Of a stretch of DNA of 27,555 bases, positions 14,171 to 22,634 are shown piece after piece (position 1 is the stretch's first letter; each line of letters starts with the position of its first letter). A program made the translations under genes and the position numbers. The notes under the pieces were generated by a model. That model worked only from the letters and a program-made list of their open reading frames with translations. It was not told where the DNA came from and ran no database searches. Origin of the DNA: a virus (taxonomy: Duplodnaviria > Caudoviricetes); IMG/VR virus record IMGVR_UViG_3300014208_000111, positions 1 through 27,555 of that record; one strand, written 5' to 3'.

Positions 14171-16792
14171 ATGGATAAAACGTTACAAACACGTCTGGAA
14201 CAAGCGGAACTTGCGGCCAAACTAAAGGGTAGTCTATTACTCTTTATTCAGGCGTTTTTTCCGATCCTAACAGGAAGAGACTTTATTGTTTCTAAACCTA
14301 TAGGCCGTGAATCTCACTTTATAACCATCTGTCGCGCTTTAACGAAGTGCACAAGACTCCAAGCCCTTAGATTACTAGTCAATGTTCCTCCGGGGCATGG
14401 CAAGTCAATTATGGTTAGCTTCTGGATTGCATGGTGCTATGCAAAATGGCCTGATTGTAATTTCCTATATATTTCTTATTCAAAAACACTTGCAACGAGC
14501 CATACAGAAAATATCAAACGGATAATGTCTCTTAGTCAGTACAAAACCTTATTTAATGTTCGCTTACGTGAAGACTCACAAGCAAAAGATGCGTTTACAA
14601 CAGAAGCCGGAGGCACAGTTGCTAGTTTTGGTTCCGCAGGGGCGATTACAGGCCGTAACGCCGGGTTACCAGGATTGGATAGATTTAGCGGTGCCGTTTT
14701 ATGTTTTCCTTATGATGAATATGTACAGACAGAAATTGGCGCGATTAAGATTGGAGAAATAGTCGATAAGAAGTTAGATGTTAAAGTCTATTCAGTAAAT
14801 TTGGAAACACGAGAAATTCAATTAAAGCCTATTATAGGTCATTTTCAAAACCCGGGAAGCCCTATAATTGAAGTAGAATTTAATGATGGCGCAATCATAC
14901 GATGTACGCCAGATCATAAAATATGGACTGATAATAGAGGGTGGATTGAGGCTCAGGATTTATTGGCCACTGATGAGCTTTTTACGCCAACGCCAGATGG
15001 TTCTTTGAGGAAAATCCAGTATTTTGGCAACCTTACGCTGAGAGATACTCAAATCTCTCAAAATTTCCAATTGCCGGTTAGTAAGGCGAGTAAATTTGCA
15101 AGCCACAATGCGCTTTCCAACTATTTTTCTAGCCTCTTCAGTTTCAAGAGCACGACTATCTCCGCGTCTTATTTTCTGCACAGTCAAATCAAGTATATTA
15201 AATTTTTTAGCCAATTCTTTCGCACCGAGAGGACTGAAAACGATTTCAATAACGTCTTGGGTAGAAAGTTTGGCACAGGGATGCTTTTCGCCCATAGAAA
15301 AGGTTCCATGATTAATCGAATCTTGAATATTCTCTGCTCTTGTACCATAGCAAAGATTTTCAGGTCTATTGTCGGTTCCAACCCCATTTATATGCCTAAC
15401 ATCATGCCCATCAGGCTGCGCACCGTGGAAAGCCCATGCGACCAATTGATGGGCAAAAACATTTCTCTTAATAGAATCACATGTAATTCTAGTCCAATAA
15501 TATTTCCCAGAGGAATTAAGGGTAAGTTTCTTGATTTTCTGAGGCTCTATGCGGTGACTTCGATTGTCGCCATAATAAATAGTGCGCTGTTCCGAGCGAA
15601 TTCTTCCAAAGCTGGATGCGCTATAAAGTCCATCAAGCCCAGGAATAAGTCTCCACTCTTCATTCGTCATATTGGCCATGTTGATAAATCCTATTGTATT
15701 AACGTCGAAAGCAATCATAACTTCTTTTGCGGAACAAGCGAAGACAATTATACTCTTGTTCAAAACTGCGACGATATGCATAAACCAGACGAAGTTCATT
15801 CGGATTTAGTACGAGAATCAGTAATAACAAATTTCCGAGAAACCATCCAACAACGGCCACGGGGTATCAATGTTCCCATAGTATTCATTGGTCAGCGATT
15901 ACATGAGCAAGACCTGCCCGCCTATTTCATTGCCGGAGAAGACGGGTACGAATGGGACAAGGTAATCTTAAAATCATTGGATGATGCAGGAAATGCGCTT
16001 TATCCAGAAGCCTTCCCCAAAGAGATGCTGCTGATTCGGCAGGAAAAAGACCGATATGTATTTGCGGCACAACATCAACAAGACCCACAACCCGCTGGCG
16101 GTGGTCTATATATGCCAGAAGACTTCCCTCTGTTAGCGGAAGAACCCGAATTCTCAATGACCTTCATCACAGCCGATACAGCTGAGACAGAAGACCCGCG
16201 TAATGACGCTACCGTATTCTCGTTCTGGGGTCTTTACAATATTGAGACGCAAGGACGCAAAACTGGAATTATGGGCCTTCATTGGCTGGCTTGTCGTGAA
16301 ATGCGTGTGGAACCTAAACGCCTTGAAAATGAATTCTTAGATTTTTGGCAAGATTGCGCCCGACACAAACAACCGCCTATGGTCGCTTTCATTGAGAAGA
16401 AATCAACTGGAGTCACCCTATTATCCATCCTCAAGGGTATGCGTGGCCTGAAGGTACGCGAAATCGAACGTACTCGGAAGTCCGGCTCTAAATCACAACG
16501 CTTCATCGATATTCAGCCCTATGTGGCTAGCAAACAAGTATCTCTTCCAGCCCACGGGGTACATACGGAAATGTGCGTCAACCATATGAAACGCATAACC
16601 AATAATGACAGTCATGCTCATGACGATATTGCAGATACCTGCGCGGACGCTGTACGGATTGCATTAATCGATCTCATGCTGATTGGCTATACACATAGAG
16701 ATTCACTATGGAAGCCATCGGCCAGCAAAGCAATTAATCACTTCAATAAATTAACGGAATTAAAACAAAAAGCCTATGAAAAAAGGAATTGA
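14171..16792 (+). CDS. terL: Terminase large subunit, intein-containing precursor (873 aa; about 518 aa after splicing)
   Basis: Walker A NVPPGHGKS, Walker B GAVL|CDD rejoined across the intein, GQRLHEQDL, RNase H-like TADTA...IEKKSTG...HDDIAD; directly upstream of the portal. Confidence 0.95.
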   Translation: MDKTLQTRLEQAELAAKLKGSLLLFIQAFFPILTGRDFIVSKPIGRESHFITICRALTKCTRLQALRLLVNVPPGHGKSIMVSFWIAWCYAKWPDCNFLYISYSKTLATSHTENIKRIMSLSQYKTLFNVRLREDSQAKDAFTTEAGGTVASFGSAGAITGRNAGLPGLDRFSGAVLCFPYDEYVQTEIGAIKIGEIVDKKLDVKVYSVNLETREIQLKPIIGHFQNPGSPIIEVEFNDGAIIRCTPDHKIWTDNRGWIEAQDLLATDELFTPTPDGSLRKIQYFGNLTLRDTQISQNFQLPVSKASKFASHNALSNYFSSLFSFKSTTISASYFLHSQIKYIKFFSQFFRTERTENDFNNVLGRKFGTGMLFAHRKGSMINRILNILCSCTIAKIFRSIVGSNPIYMPNIMPIRLRTVESPCDQLMGKNISLNRITCNSSPIIFPRGIKGKFLDFLRLYAVTSIVAIINSALFRANSSKAGCAIKSIKPRNKSPLFIRHIGHVDKSYCINVESNHNFFCGTSEDNYTLVQNCDDMHKPDEVHSDLVRESVITNFRETIQQRPRGINVPIVFIGQRLHEQDLPAYFIAGEDGYEWDKVILKSLDDAGNALYPEAFPKEMLLIRQEKDRYVFAAQHQQDPQPAGGGLYMPEDFPLLAEEPEFSMTFITADTAETEDPRNDATVFSFWGLYNIETQGRKTGIMGLHWLACREMRVEPKRLENEFLDFWQDCARHKQPPMVAFIEKKSTGVTLLSILKGMRGLKVREIERTRKSGSKSQRFIDIQPYVASKQVSLPAHGVHTEMCVNHMKRITNNDSHAHDDIADTCADAVRIALIDLMLIGYTHRDSLWKPSASKAINHFNKLTELKQKAYEKRN
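14702..15766 (+). mobile_element. Intein (355 aa) in the terminase Walker B motif
   Basis: Block A CFPYDEYVQT, block B IRCTPDHKIWT, GWIEAQDL, block F SYCINVESNHNFF, C-terminal VQN followed by Cys+1. Confidence 0.93.
14960..15679 (-). CDS. NUMOD4-HNH homing endonuclease encoded antisense inside the intein
   Basis: NUMOD4 EEWRLIPGLDGLYSASSFGRIRS; HNH core AHQLVAWAFHG...VRHINGVGTDNRPENLCYGTRAENIQD; GEKHPCAKL and C-terminal HTH repeats; AGGA 9 nt before ATG 15679. Confidence 0.9.
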   Translation of the reverse strand: MANMTNEEWRLIPGLDGLYSASSFGRIRSEQRTIYYGDNRSHRIEPQKIKKLTLNSSGKYYWTRITCDSIKRNVFAHQLVAWAFHGAQPDGHDVRHINGVGTDNRPENLCYGTRAENIQDSINHGTFSMGEKHPCAKLSTQDVIEIVFSPLGAKELAKKFNILDLTVQKIRRGDSRALETEEARKIVGKRIVACKFTRLTNRQLEILRDLSISQRKVAKILDFPQRTIWRWRKKLISGQ

Positions 16793-18924
16793 CTATGGCA
16801 ATAGCACGGAAACACACCAGCCAGCTGGATAAGATAAAGGCTTCTGTAGAACAGGCTTATACCTATTTTAGGCCAAATTATGAACGATATCACCAGTTTA
16901 AACGCTTTGTTTATAAATCAACGCTTACTGAAGACGACATAGCTGTACTGGCTACACTCGGACGCCCGCAAATCGAGTTCAATATGATGGAGGCTTATAT
17001 CTCCAGATTGCGCGGAGAATTTTCCCGCATGGAACCGGGATTCATTGTTCGCGCTCAGGATGGCATAGAGAGTATCGATCCCAGACTATTATCCATTTTA
17101 GAAGCTCATTTTAGGTCAATATTAAATGATTCAGATAATGATGGCTTTAGCTACGATGTCTATACCGATTTGCTGATTGGCGGCTTCTCGGTGGTCGAGG
17201 TTTATACGGATTACATTTCACAAATGTCTATGGATCAACGTATCTGCACTGAACGGGTATTTGACCCAACACTATGCGGATTCGACCCCTTAGCACGTAG
17301 GTCGCATAAAGGAGATGGTAACTTTTGTTTCCAACTATTCCCAAAAGAAGCCGAAGAGGCAGAGAAAGAGTATGGCTCAGACGCTACTAAAGGACTTAAA
17401 TATGCCCGAAGCTTTGCGGGGTTTAATTGGTCATATCGAGCGGCAAGAAAAGATATTGTATTGCTCTGCGATTATTACAAAAAAGACTTTAAGAAAGAGA
17501 AGATAACAAAGCTTTCTAATGGTCGAACAATTTCCGTGAAACATTATGAAGAACTGATGCAACGCTGGGATGAGGCCGGATTCATTGAGCAACCACCGCA
17601 ACCCATCGGAAAAATGCGCGAAACACTTTTAGAGGAAATCACGCGATATCGATTTTCTGGTGTGAATCTAATTGATGTATCTAAAACGAATTACAAGATG
17701 CTTCCACTGGTCTTCTTCGATGGAAACAGCGCAGTACTACGAGACAATAACGACTCCACAGCAGAGCAGATGACACGCCCGTACATCTATAATGTGCGCG
17801 ACGCTCAACGCCTGAAGAACTATGCCGGACAATCACTGGCTAACGAGCTTGAAAACACTGTAGAGCATAAATTCATTGCCTCCGTTGAATCAATCCCAGA
17901 AGATTATATTGATGCCTATATTAATGTCCAGAAACCCGGAACATTGCTCTATAATGCATTCTTAGATGGCGATCCCAACGTAGCTTTAAATCCACCAAGG
18001 GAAATTGTTCGCACCCCAATACCGCCTGAAATCAGCGCAACATTCCAGATGTCGGATAATCTGATTCAAGGAATATTAGGAAGTTATGATGCGGCCCTTG
18101 GGATTCAAAATAATGAACTCTCAGGCGTAGCCATCATGCAGGGCGCAATGCACTCCAATGCAGCCGCTATGCCATACACAGTGGGCTACATGAAAGGACT
18201 TAATCGAGTATGCCAGATTATTTTAGACCTGATTCCTAAGTACTATGTAACGCCAAGAAGCATCCCAATAGTTCATCCTGATGGAAAGCGTTCTTATGAA
18301 GTAATTAATAAGAAAGGCAATCCGTTCATGGATTACAATCCAATGAGCCTTGAAGTTAAAGTTGAAGCTGGCGTGAACTTTGCGGTTCAGAAGCAAATTA
18401 GCCTTGAGACTATAATTCAATTGATGCAAACCTCAGAATCATTTGCAGCCTTCATCAATACTAAAGGACTTGGCATACTTCTTGATAATATTGATATACG
18501 TGGCATCGAAGGATTACGTCAGGCCGCAGCACAATTCATGCAGGAAACGCAGCAAAAACAATCTCAGGCTGAACAGATGGCGCAACAGCAAGCAGCACAA
18601 CAACTCGATCCAAAAGAAGTCATGGCAATGCAAGCTAAAGCGGAAATGGCCAAGGTCGAGCAGAAACGTGAACAGGCTCAGATGCAAGCGCAAGTCGATT
18701 TAACTAAGATTGCAACTGATGATGCCGTTAAAAACAAACAGGCGGATATTGACTATCTGAAAGTGATGGCCGATATTCAAGGGGCAGAAGTGGATGCTGC
18801 AATGAAACAAGAGAAGGTCGATGCTGAAAACGCAAGAACCGCAGTTGATATGGCCCTCGATGTATCTAAGCATCACCATGAAGTAAAGCAAGCAAATAAA
18901 CCCGAACCAAAGAAGAGTAAATAA
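16789..18924 (+). CDS. Portal protein (P22-like)
   Basis: About 710 aa directly after terL; GRPQIEFN and SGVAI motifs; long Q/A-rich C-terminal helix as in the P22 gp1 barrel. Confidence 0.85.
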   Translation: MTMAIARKHTSQLDKIKASVEQAYTYFRPNYERYHQFKRFVYKSTLTEDDIAVLATLGRPQIEFNMMEAYISRLRGEFSRMEPGFIVRAQDGIESIDPRLLSILEAHFRSILNDSDNDGFSYDVYTDLLIGGFSVVEVYTDYISQMSMDQRICTERVFDPTLCGFDPLARRSHKGDGNFCFQLFPKEAEEAEKEYGSDATKGLKYARSFAGFNWSYRAARKDIVLLCDYYKKDFKKEKITKLSNGRTISVKHYEELMQRWDEAGFIEQPPQPIGKMRETLLEEITRYRFSGVNLIDVSKTNYKMLPLVFFDGNSAVLRDNNDSTAEQMTRPYIYNVRDAQRLKNYAGQSLANELENTVEHKFIASVESIPEDYIDAYINVQKPGTLLYNAFLDGDPNVALNPPREIVRTPIPPEISATFQMSDNLIQGILGSYDAALGIQNNELSGVAIMQGAMHSNAAAMPYTVGYMKGLNRVCQIILDLIPKYYVTPRSIPIVHPDGKRSYEVINKKGNPFMDYNPMSLEVKVEAGVNFAVQKQISLETIIQLMQTSESFAAFINTKGLGILLDNIDIRGIEGLRQAAAQFMQETQQKQSQAEQMAQQQAAQQLDPKEVMAMQAKAEMAKVEQKREQAQMQAQVDLTKIATDDAVKNKQADIDYLKVMADIQGAEVDAAMKQEKVDAENARTAVDMALDVSKHHHEVKQANKPEPKKSK

Positions 18925-19112
18925 TGGATGATTTATCAATAGAACAATTAGTCACACCAGAAATTAGAGCAAAAGACAAAATTAGAACCGGAGCCGTAAT
19001 TGGATTTAAGCGATGGCTAAGACTCGAACGCCAGAAGTCGATAGATAGGCTGCCAAATGAGTTTAGAAATCAGGCTAGAGATAATTATGACCATTTTAAT
19101 TATTGTGGGTAA
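18924..19112 (+). CDS. Hypothetical protein
   Basis: TAATG-coupled to the portal. Confidence 0.5.
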   Translation: MDDLSIEQLVTPEIRAKDKIRTGAVIGFKRWLRLERQKSIDRLPNEFRNQARDNYDHFNYCG

Positions 19113-19241
19113 TCATAGTGACGCAGCGATTAAAGAAGAAGAGCCGGAACGGTTGCCGATGTACTTCCTGTGAATATTGGCATCGCAGCAGTTGGTGGAA
19201 AAAAGAATTAATCGAGCGCGACATTAAAAAGGAACTTAAAA

Positions 19242-19391
19242 ATGCCATTAGTGAAAGGGAAGAAAGCCAAGAGTCGTAAGGGATTTAGTGAGAACGTTAA
19301 GCGTGAGATGGAAGCAGGGAAAAAGCAATCACAGGCTGTAGCAATCGCGTACAGTGAAGCTCGTGAGAGCAAGAAACGGAGAAAGAAATGA
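19242..19391 (+). CDS. Small basic phage protein (QAVAIAYS type; not in ORF track)
   Basis: MPLVKGKKAKSRKGFSENVKREMEAGKKQSQAVAIAYSEARESKKRRKK; AAGGA RBS. Confidence 0.8.
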   Translation: MPLVKGKKAKSRKGFSENVKREMEAGKKQSQAVAIAYSEARESKKRRKK

Positions 19392-19552
19392 AGAAAGTTA
19401 AGAATGATAGTGCATCTAAGATGAATAGAGATTTAGCATCAGTTGGTGAATATAAACGCGGAGTTAACCCTAAAAAGGTTAAAAATGATACAGCCGCTAA
19501 GATGAGCAAAGATTTAGAGCAGAAGGGAGAATACAAGAGGAAAAAGAAGTGA
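19388..19552 (+). CDS. Small basic protein with an internal duplication (not in ORF track)
   Basis: KKVKNDSASKMNRDLASVGEYKR / KKVKNDTAAKMSKDLEQKGEYKR; ATGA overlap. Confidence 0.7.
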   Translation: MKKVKNDSASKMNRDLASVGEYKRGVNPKKVKNDTAAKMSKDLEQKGEYKRKKK

Positions 19553-19594
19553 AATTAAACCCTTGGTTAACACCTGTTCCAATTGCCAGAAATA

Positions 19595-19606
19595 TTGCTA
19601 TACTAA
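19595..19606 (+). promoter_or_regulatory. Extended -10 promoter upstream of scaffold/coat
   Basis: TTGCTATACTAA, identical to 13081-13092. Confidence 0.55.
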
Positions 19607-19777
19607 GTTCAAAGCACAAGATGTAGTACTGATTAGGATGATTGGCACTACATGCAGTACCCCAGACTAGACTGGGTTAAGGAATCTAGGCCAAATACGC
19701 AACTATGCGGACAAAATAGTCGGGACTACCACGGATGGTAGGTGATCACGGTCACACCGGAAACAGTGAGGTTTCAA

Positions 19778-20539
19778 ATGGATGCAAAGGATATTGCAGA
19801 AGATTTATTGCAAGAAACTAATGTGGGTGAAGCCGAGGAACCGAAAGGAACCGAGGAAGCACCACCTGAAAAGATGCTTTCTGTTTCCCAAGTGAATGAG
19901 CTGATTAAAAAGGCCAAACGCAAAGGAGAGCAGAAAATGCAAGAGCAACTGGATGCAGCACAGCAACAGATTCAGCAACTTCAGGCGCAACAAGGGCAGC
20001 AACAAGCTCCTGTACAGCAGCAAGAAGCACCACAGCAACAAGGTGTAGACCCGCAGCAAATACAGCAGCAAGTAATGCAACTGATGCAACAGAAGATGCA
20101 GGAAGATGAGCAAAAGAGGCATCAAGAGCAACTTGAAAAGGAAGTGAATGAAGTAGCTCAACAGTATTTCGGTAAGATTTCAGCTGGGAAGGACATGTAT
20201 GATGACTTCGAGGCTATTACCGCTGACTTTGACCCTGCGGCATTCCCACAATTAGTGTATTTAGCAACACAGACGGATAACACTGCGGCCATAATTTATG
20301 AGCTTCAGAAGAATCCCGCTAAGTTAGCTCAACTCTCCGTACTGGTGGATAAATCCCCTAATATGGCAAGAAGCGAGATTAACAAACTTAGCGCGTCAAT
20401 TAAGGCGAATCAGGATGCTAAAAACAACTTGCAAGAAGCGCAAGATCCCTTAAACCGTTTGAAATCTTCCCCAGTGGGAACAGACGGTGGCGCGAAAAAC
20501 GTGCGAGATTATAAATCAGCCTCCTACTTAAAAGGCTAA
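19778..20539 (+). CDS. Scaffolding protein
   Basis: Acidic, Gln-rich coiled coil between portal and coat; start reassigned to ATG 19778 after GAGG. Confidence 0.75.
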   Translation: MDAKDIAEDLLQETNVGEAEEPKGTEEAPPEKMLSVSQVNELIKKAKRKGEQKMQEQLDAAQQQIQQLQAQQGQQQAPVQQQEAPQQQGVDPQQIQQQVMQLMQQKMQEDEQKRHQEQLEKEVNEVAQQYFGKISAGKDMYDDFEAITADFDPAAFPQLVYLATQTDNTAAIIYELQKNPAKLAQLSVLVDKSPNMARSEINKLSASIKANQDAKNNLQEAQDPLNRLKSSPVGTDGGAKNVRDYKSASYLKG

Positions 20540-20597
20540 TCTCACCTAACTGGTCATGTCTGTTCTCTGAATAAGGATATTTATTGGAGAAGAAGAC

Positions 20598-21842
20598 ATG
20601 GCCGTTCCAAATAACATTTTACAACAAGTTCAGACTTACCAAATGTCTAACTTGGCTTACCTGCAAAACTTAAACTGTTTCGTAGCCACTGCTAATACAA
20701 AATTCAAGGATTTCGAAAAACTCACTGCGAATTTAGGCGACACAGTGACTTTTGATTTACCACCTCGCTTTACCGTTGCACAATCTTTAGTTGCTACATT
20801 CCAATCTGCTGACCAACGTGTTGAAAACTTGACCGTTGATAAAGCGATTAACGTATCGTATGCATTCACTGCGCAACAATTCATTTTCAACGTAGAAGAT
20901 TACATGGAGAAGTTCGGTAAATCCGCTGTAATGGAAATGTCAGCAGAGATTGAAGCGGATATTGCTACCGTATGCGTTGAGGCTCCATACCGATTCTATG
21001 GCGATGGAATTACGCAAATTAATTCTTATGGTCAGCTAGCCGCTGGACTCGCAATGTACAGGAACTATGGCGCAGCTAAAGACAACACTAAGTTCTATCT
21101 GTCTGATATTGCCCAATCTGCAATCGTGAATACTGGTTTGAATCAATTCGTACCAAGACGTAACGATGAAGCAGCAAACTCTTGGGATGTTGGTAATTTC
21201 GACCGCGCAGAGTTCTATGTATCTAACTTACTGCCCGTACATATTTCAGGTAACGTGGGTAATGATGGTACTGTACTGACAGTTGTGTCAGTCGTTAAAG
21301 ATGCGAATGATGCGGTAATTCAAATCGTTTTCTCTGGTGCTGGTGCTTCTGATGCTGATGCGGTTAAAGAATTCGACAAGATGCAATTCTCTGACGGCGT
21401 TGGTGCTCTGCCTAATCTTCGTTACTTAACCTTCATTGGTCATAAAGTATCAAGTAACCCTGTACAGTTTAGAGTTACCGCTGATGCCGGCTCTACTGCT
21501 GGCGGTCAAGTTACTGTTGACGTTTATCCTCCGTTGAAAGCTTCTGCTGGTAATACTCGCAACCTGAACTTTGAAATCCAAGTCGGTATGCAAGTAACCG
21601 CATTGCCTTCTCATAGAGCAGGGATGATTACTGCGGGCAATCCTTTGTTTATCGCTATGCCAATGCTTCCAGAAGAAGTTCCGTTCCCTACTGCGAACGA
21701 GACAGACCCTGATACTGCCGTTTCACTGCGTATGTATTACGGAAGTCTGTTTGGGCAGAACCAAAGAGGAATGATTCATGATGCAATATGGGGGAAACGC
21801 GCAGTCCCAGAATATGTGATGTCAGTTATTTTTCCATTATAA
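20598..21842 (+). CDS. Major capsid protein (P22 gp5-like)
   Basis: 414 aa; GDTVTFDLP motif, insertion-domain-like middle, VSLRMYY...DAIWG C-terminus; GGAG RBS; follows the scaffold. Confidence 0.85.
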   Translation: MAVPNNILQQVQTYQMSNLAYLQNLNCFVATANTKFKDFEKLTANLGDTVTFDLPPRFTVAQSLVATFQSADQRVENLTVDKAINVSYAFTAQQFIFNVEDYMEKFGKSAVMEMSAEIEADIATVCVEAPYRFYGDGITQINSYGQLAAGLAMYRNYGAAKDNTKFYLSDIAQSAIVNTGLNQFVPRRNDEAANSWDVGNFDRAEFYVSNLLPVHISGNVGNDGTVLTVVSVVKDANDAVIQIVFSGAGASDADAVKEFDKMQFSDGVGALPNLRYLTFIGHKVSSNPVQFRVTADAGSTAGGQVTVDVYPPLKASAGNTRNLNFEIQVGMQVTALPSHRAGMITAGNPLFIAMPMLPEEVPFPTANETDPDTAVSLRMYYGSLFGQNQRGMIHDAIWGKRAVPEYVMSVIFPL

Positions 21843-21874
21843 TTAAAATAATTACTCGCGATTTATTTCCAAAG

Positions 21875-21909
21875 TTAAGTCTCTATAGTAGAATGTAATA
21901 GAGACTTAA
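21875..21909. repeat. 12-bp inverted repeat upstream of the HNH-like gene
   Basis: TTAAGTCTCTAT-AGTAGAATGTA-ATAGAGACTTAA; the loop contains TAGAAT. Confidence 0.55.
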
Positions 21910-21921
21910 TCAAGGGTAAAC

Positions 21922-22587
21922 ATGAGAAAATTAGAATGTAATAAATGCGGAAAGGAAAAGGAAGGAAGTTATATTTGGGAATCATGGTGCGCTGACTGTT
22001 CGAATGAACGCAGAAAAGTTGCTAAAGCGGCTAAGAGAGCGGCCAAAGATTTGCCTGAATGGGGTTCTGGACGCGATCCTAAATGCAAGACATGTAGAGC
22101 GGTTAAAGAAGAACCATACATGAACGGAAGTCTTTGTAGGCAATGTAAGCTGGAGAAAGCTAAAGCAGATTACATTAAGAAGAAAGCCGAAGAGGGAACG
22201 CCATCACGTCGTTCAGGAAGAAATCCCATTTGCAAATGTGGGGCGACTAAAGAAAATCCTGACAGTGGTTTTTGTAGGCTATGCTCTAATGAGAAGAAAC
22301 GTTTACTACGCGAGAAGAACAAACAAGATCCGGATTGGGTGGCAGCAGAGACTGAAAAGAATATTGCTCGTTATAGAGATGATCTAGAGCAGGACATGAA
22401 ACGCTTATGTCGTAAAGCAACATTCTCCGCTTTAAGAAAAGGAATCTTGAAATATGCTCCTTGCGAAGTTTGCGGTATTGACGACTCATCAGTACAGGCT
22501 CACCATGATGATTATAATAAGCCTTTAGAAGTACGCTGGCTATGCTCTTGGCACCATGCAGAGCACCACAAGAACGAAAAGAAGTAA
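21922..22587 (+). CDS. Cys-rich protein with a C-terminal HNH-like domain
   Basis: Three CxxC...CxxC units, then PCEVCG...QAHHDDYNKPLEVRWLCSWHHAEHH. Confidence 0.7.
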   Translation: MRKLECNKCGKEKEGSYIWESWCADCSNERRKVAKAAKRAAKDLPEWGSGRDPKCKTCRAVKEEPYMNGSLCRQCKLEKAKADYIKKKAEEGTPSRRSGRNPICKCGATKENPDSGFCRLCSNEKKRLLREKNKQDPDWVAAETEKNIARYRDDLEQDMKRLCRKATFSALRKGILKYAPCEVCGIDDSSVQAHHDDYNKPLEVRWLCSWHHAEHHKNEKK

Positions 22588-22634
22588 TATTTTAAGAGGG
22601 GCATGAGGCCTCTCCCCTTAATAAGGATATTAAA

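Noticed and set aside
14702-15766. Group I/II intron in terL
   Set aside because: The frame is continuous and has protein-splicing motifs at both ends; no intron core elements recognised
15680-15799. N-terminal 40 aa of the 279-aa antisense ORF
   Set aside because: Extends across the intein end into the extein; the RBS and NUMOD4 start point to ATG 15679 (or 15670)
19297-20161. Minus-strand ORFs 19297..19536 and 19805..20161
   Set aside because: Antisense shadows of the basic micro-proteins and the Gln-rich scaffold; unlike the intein case they have no domain motifs
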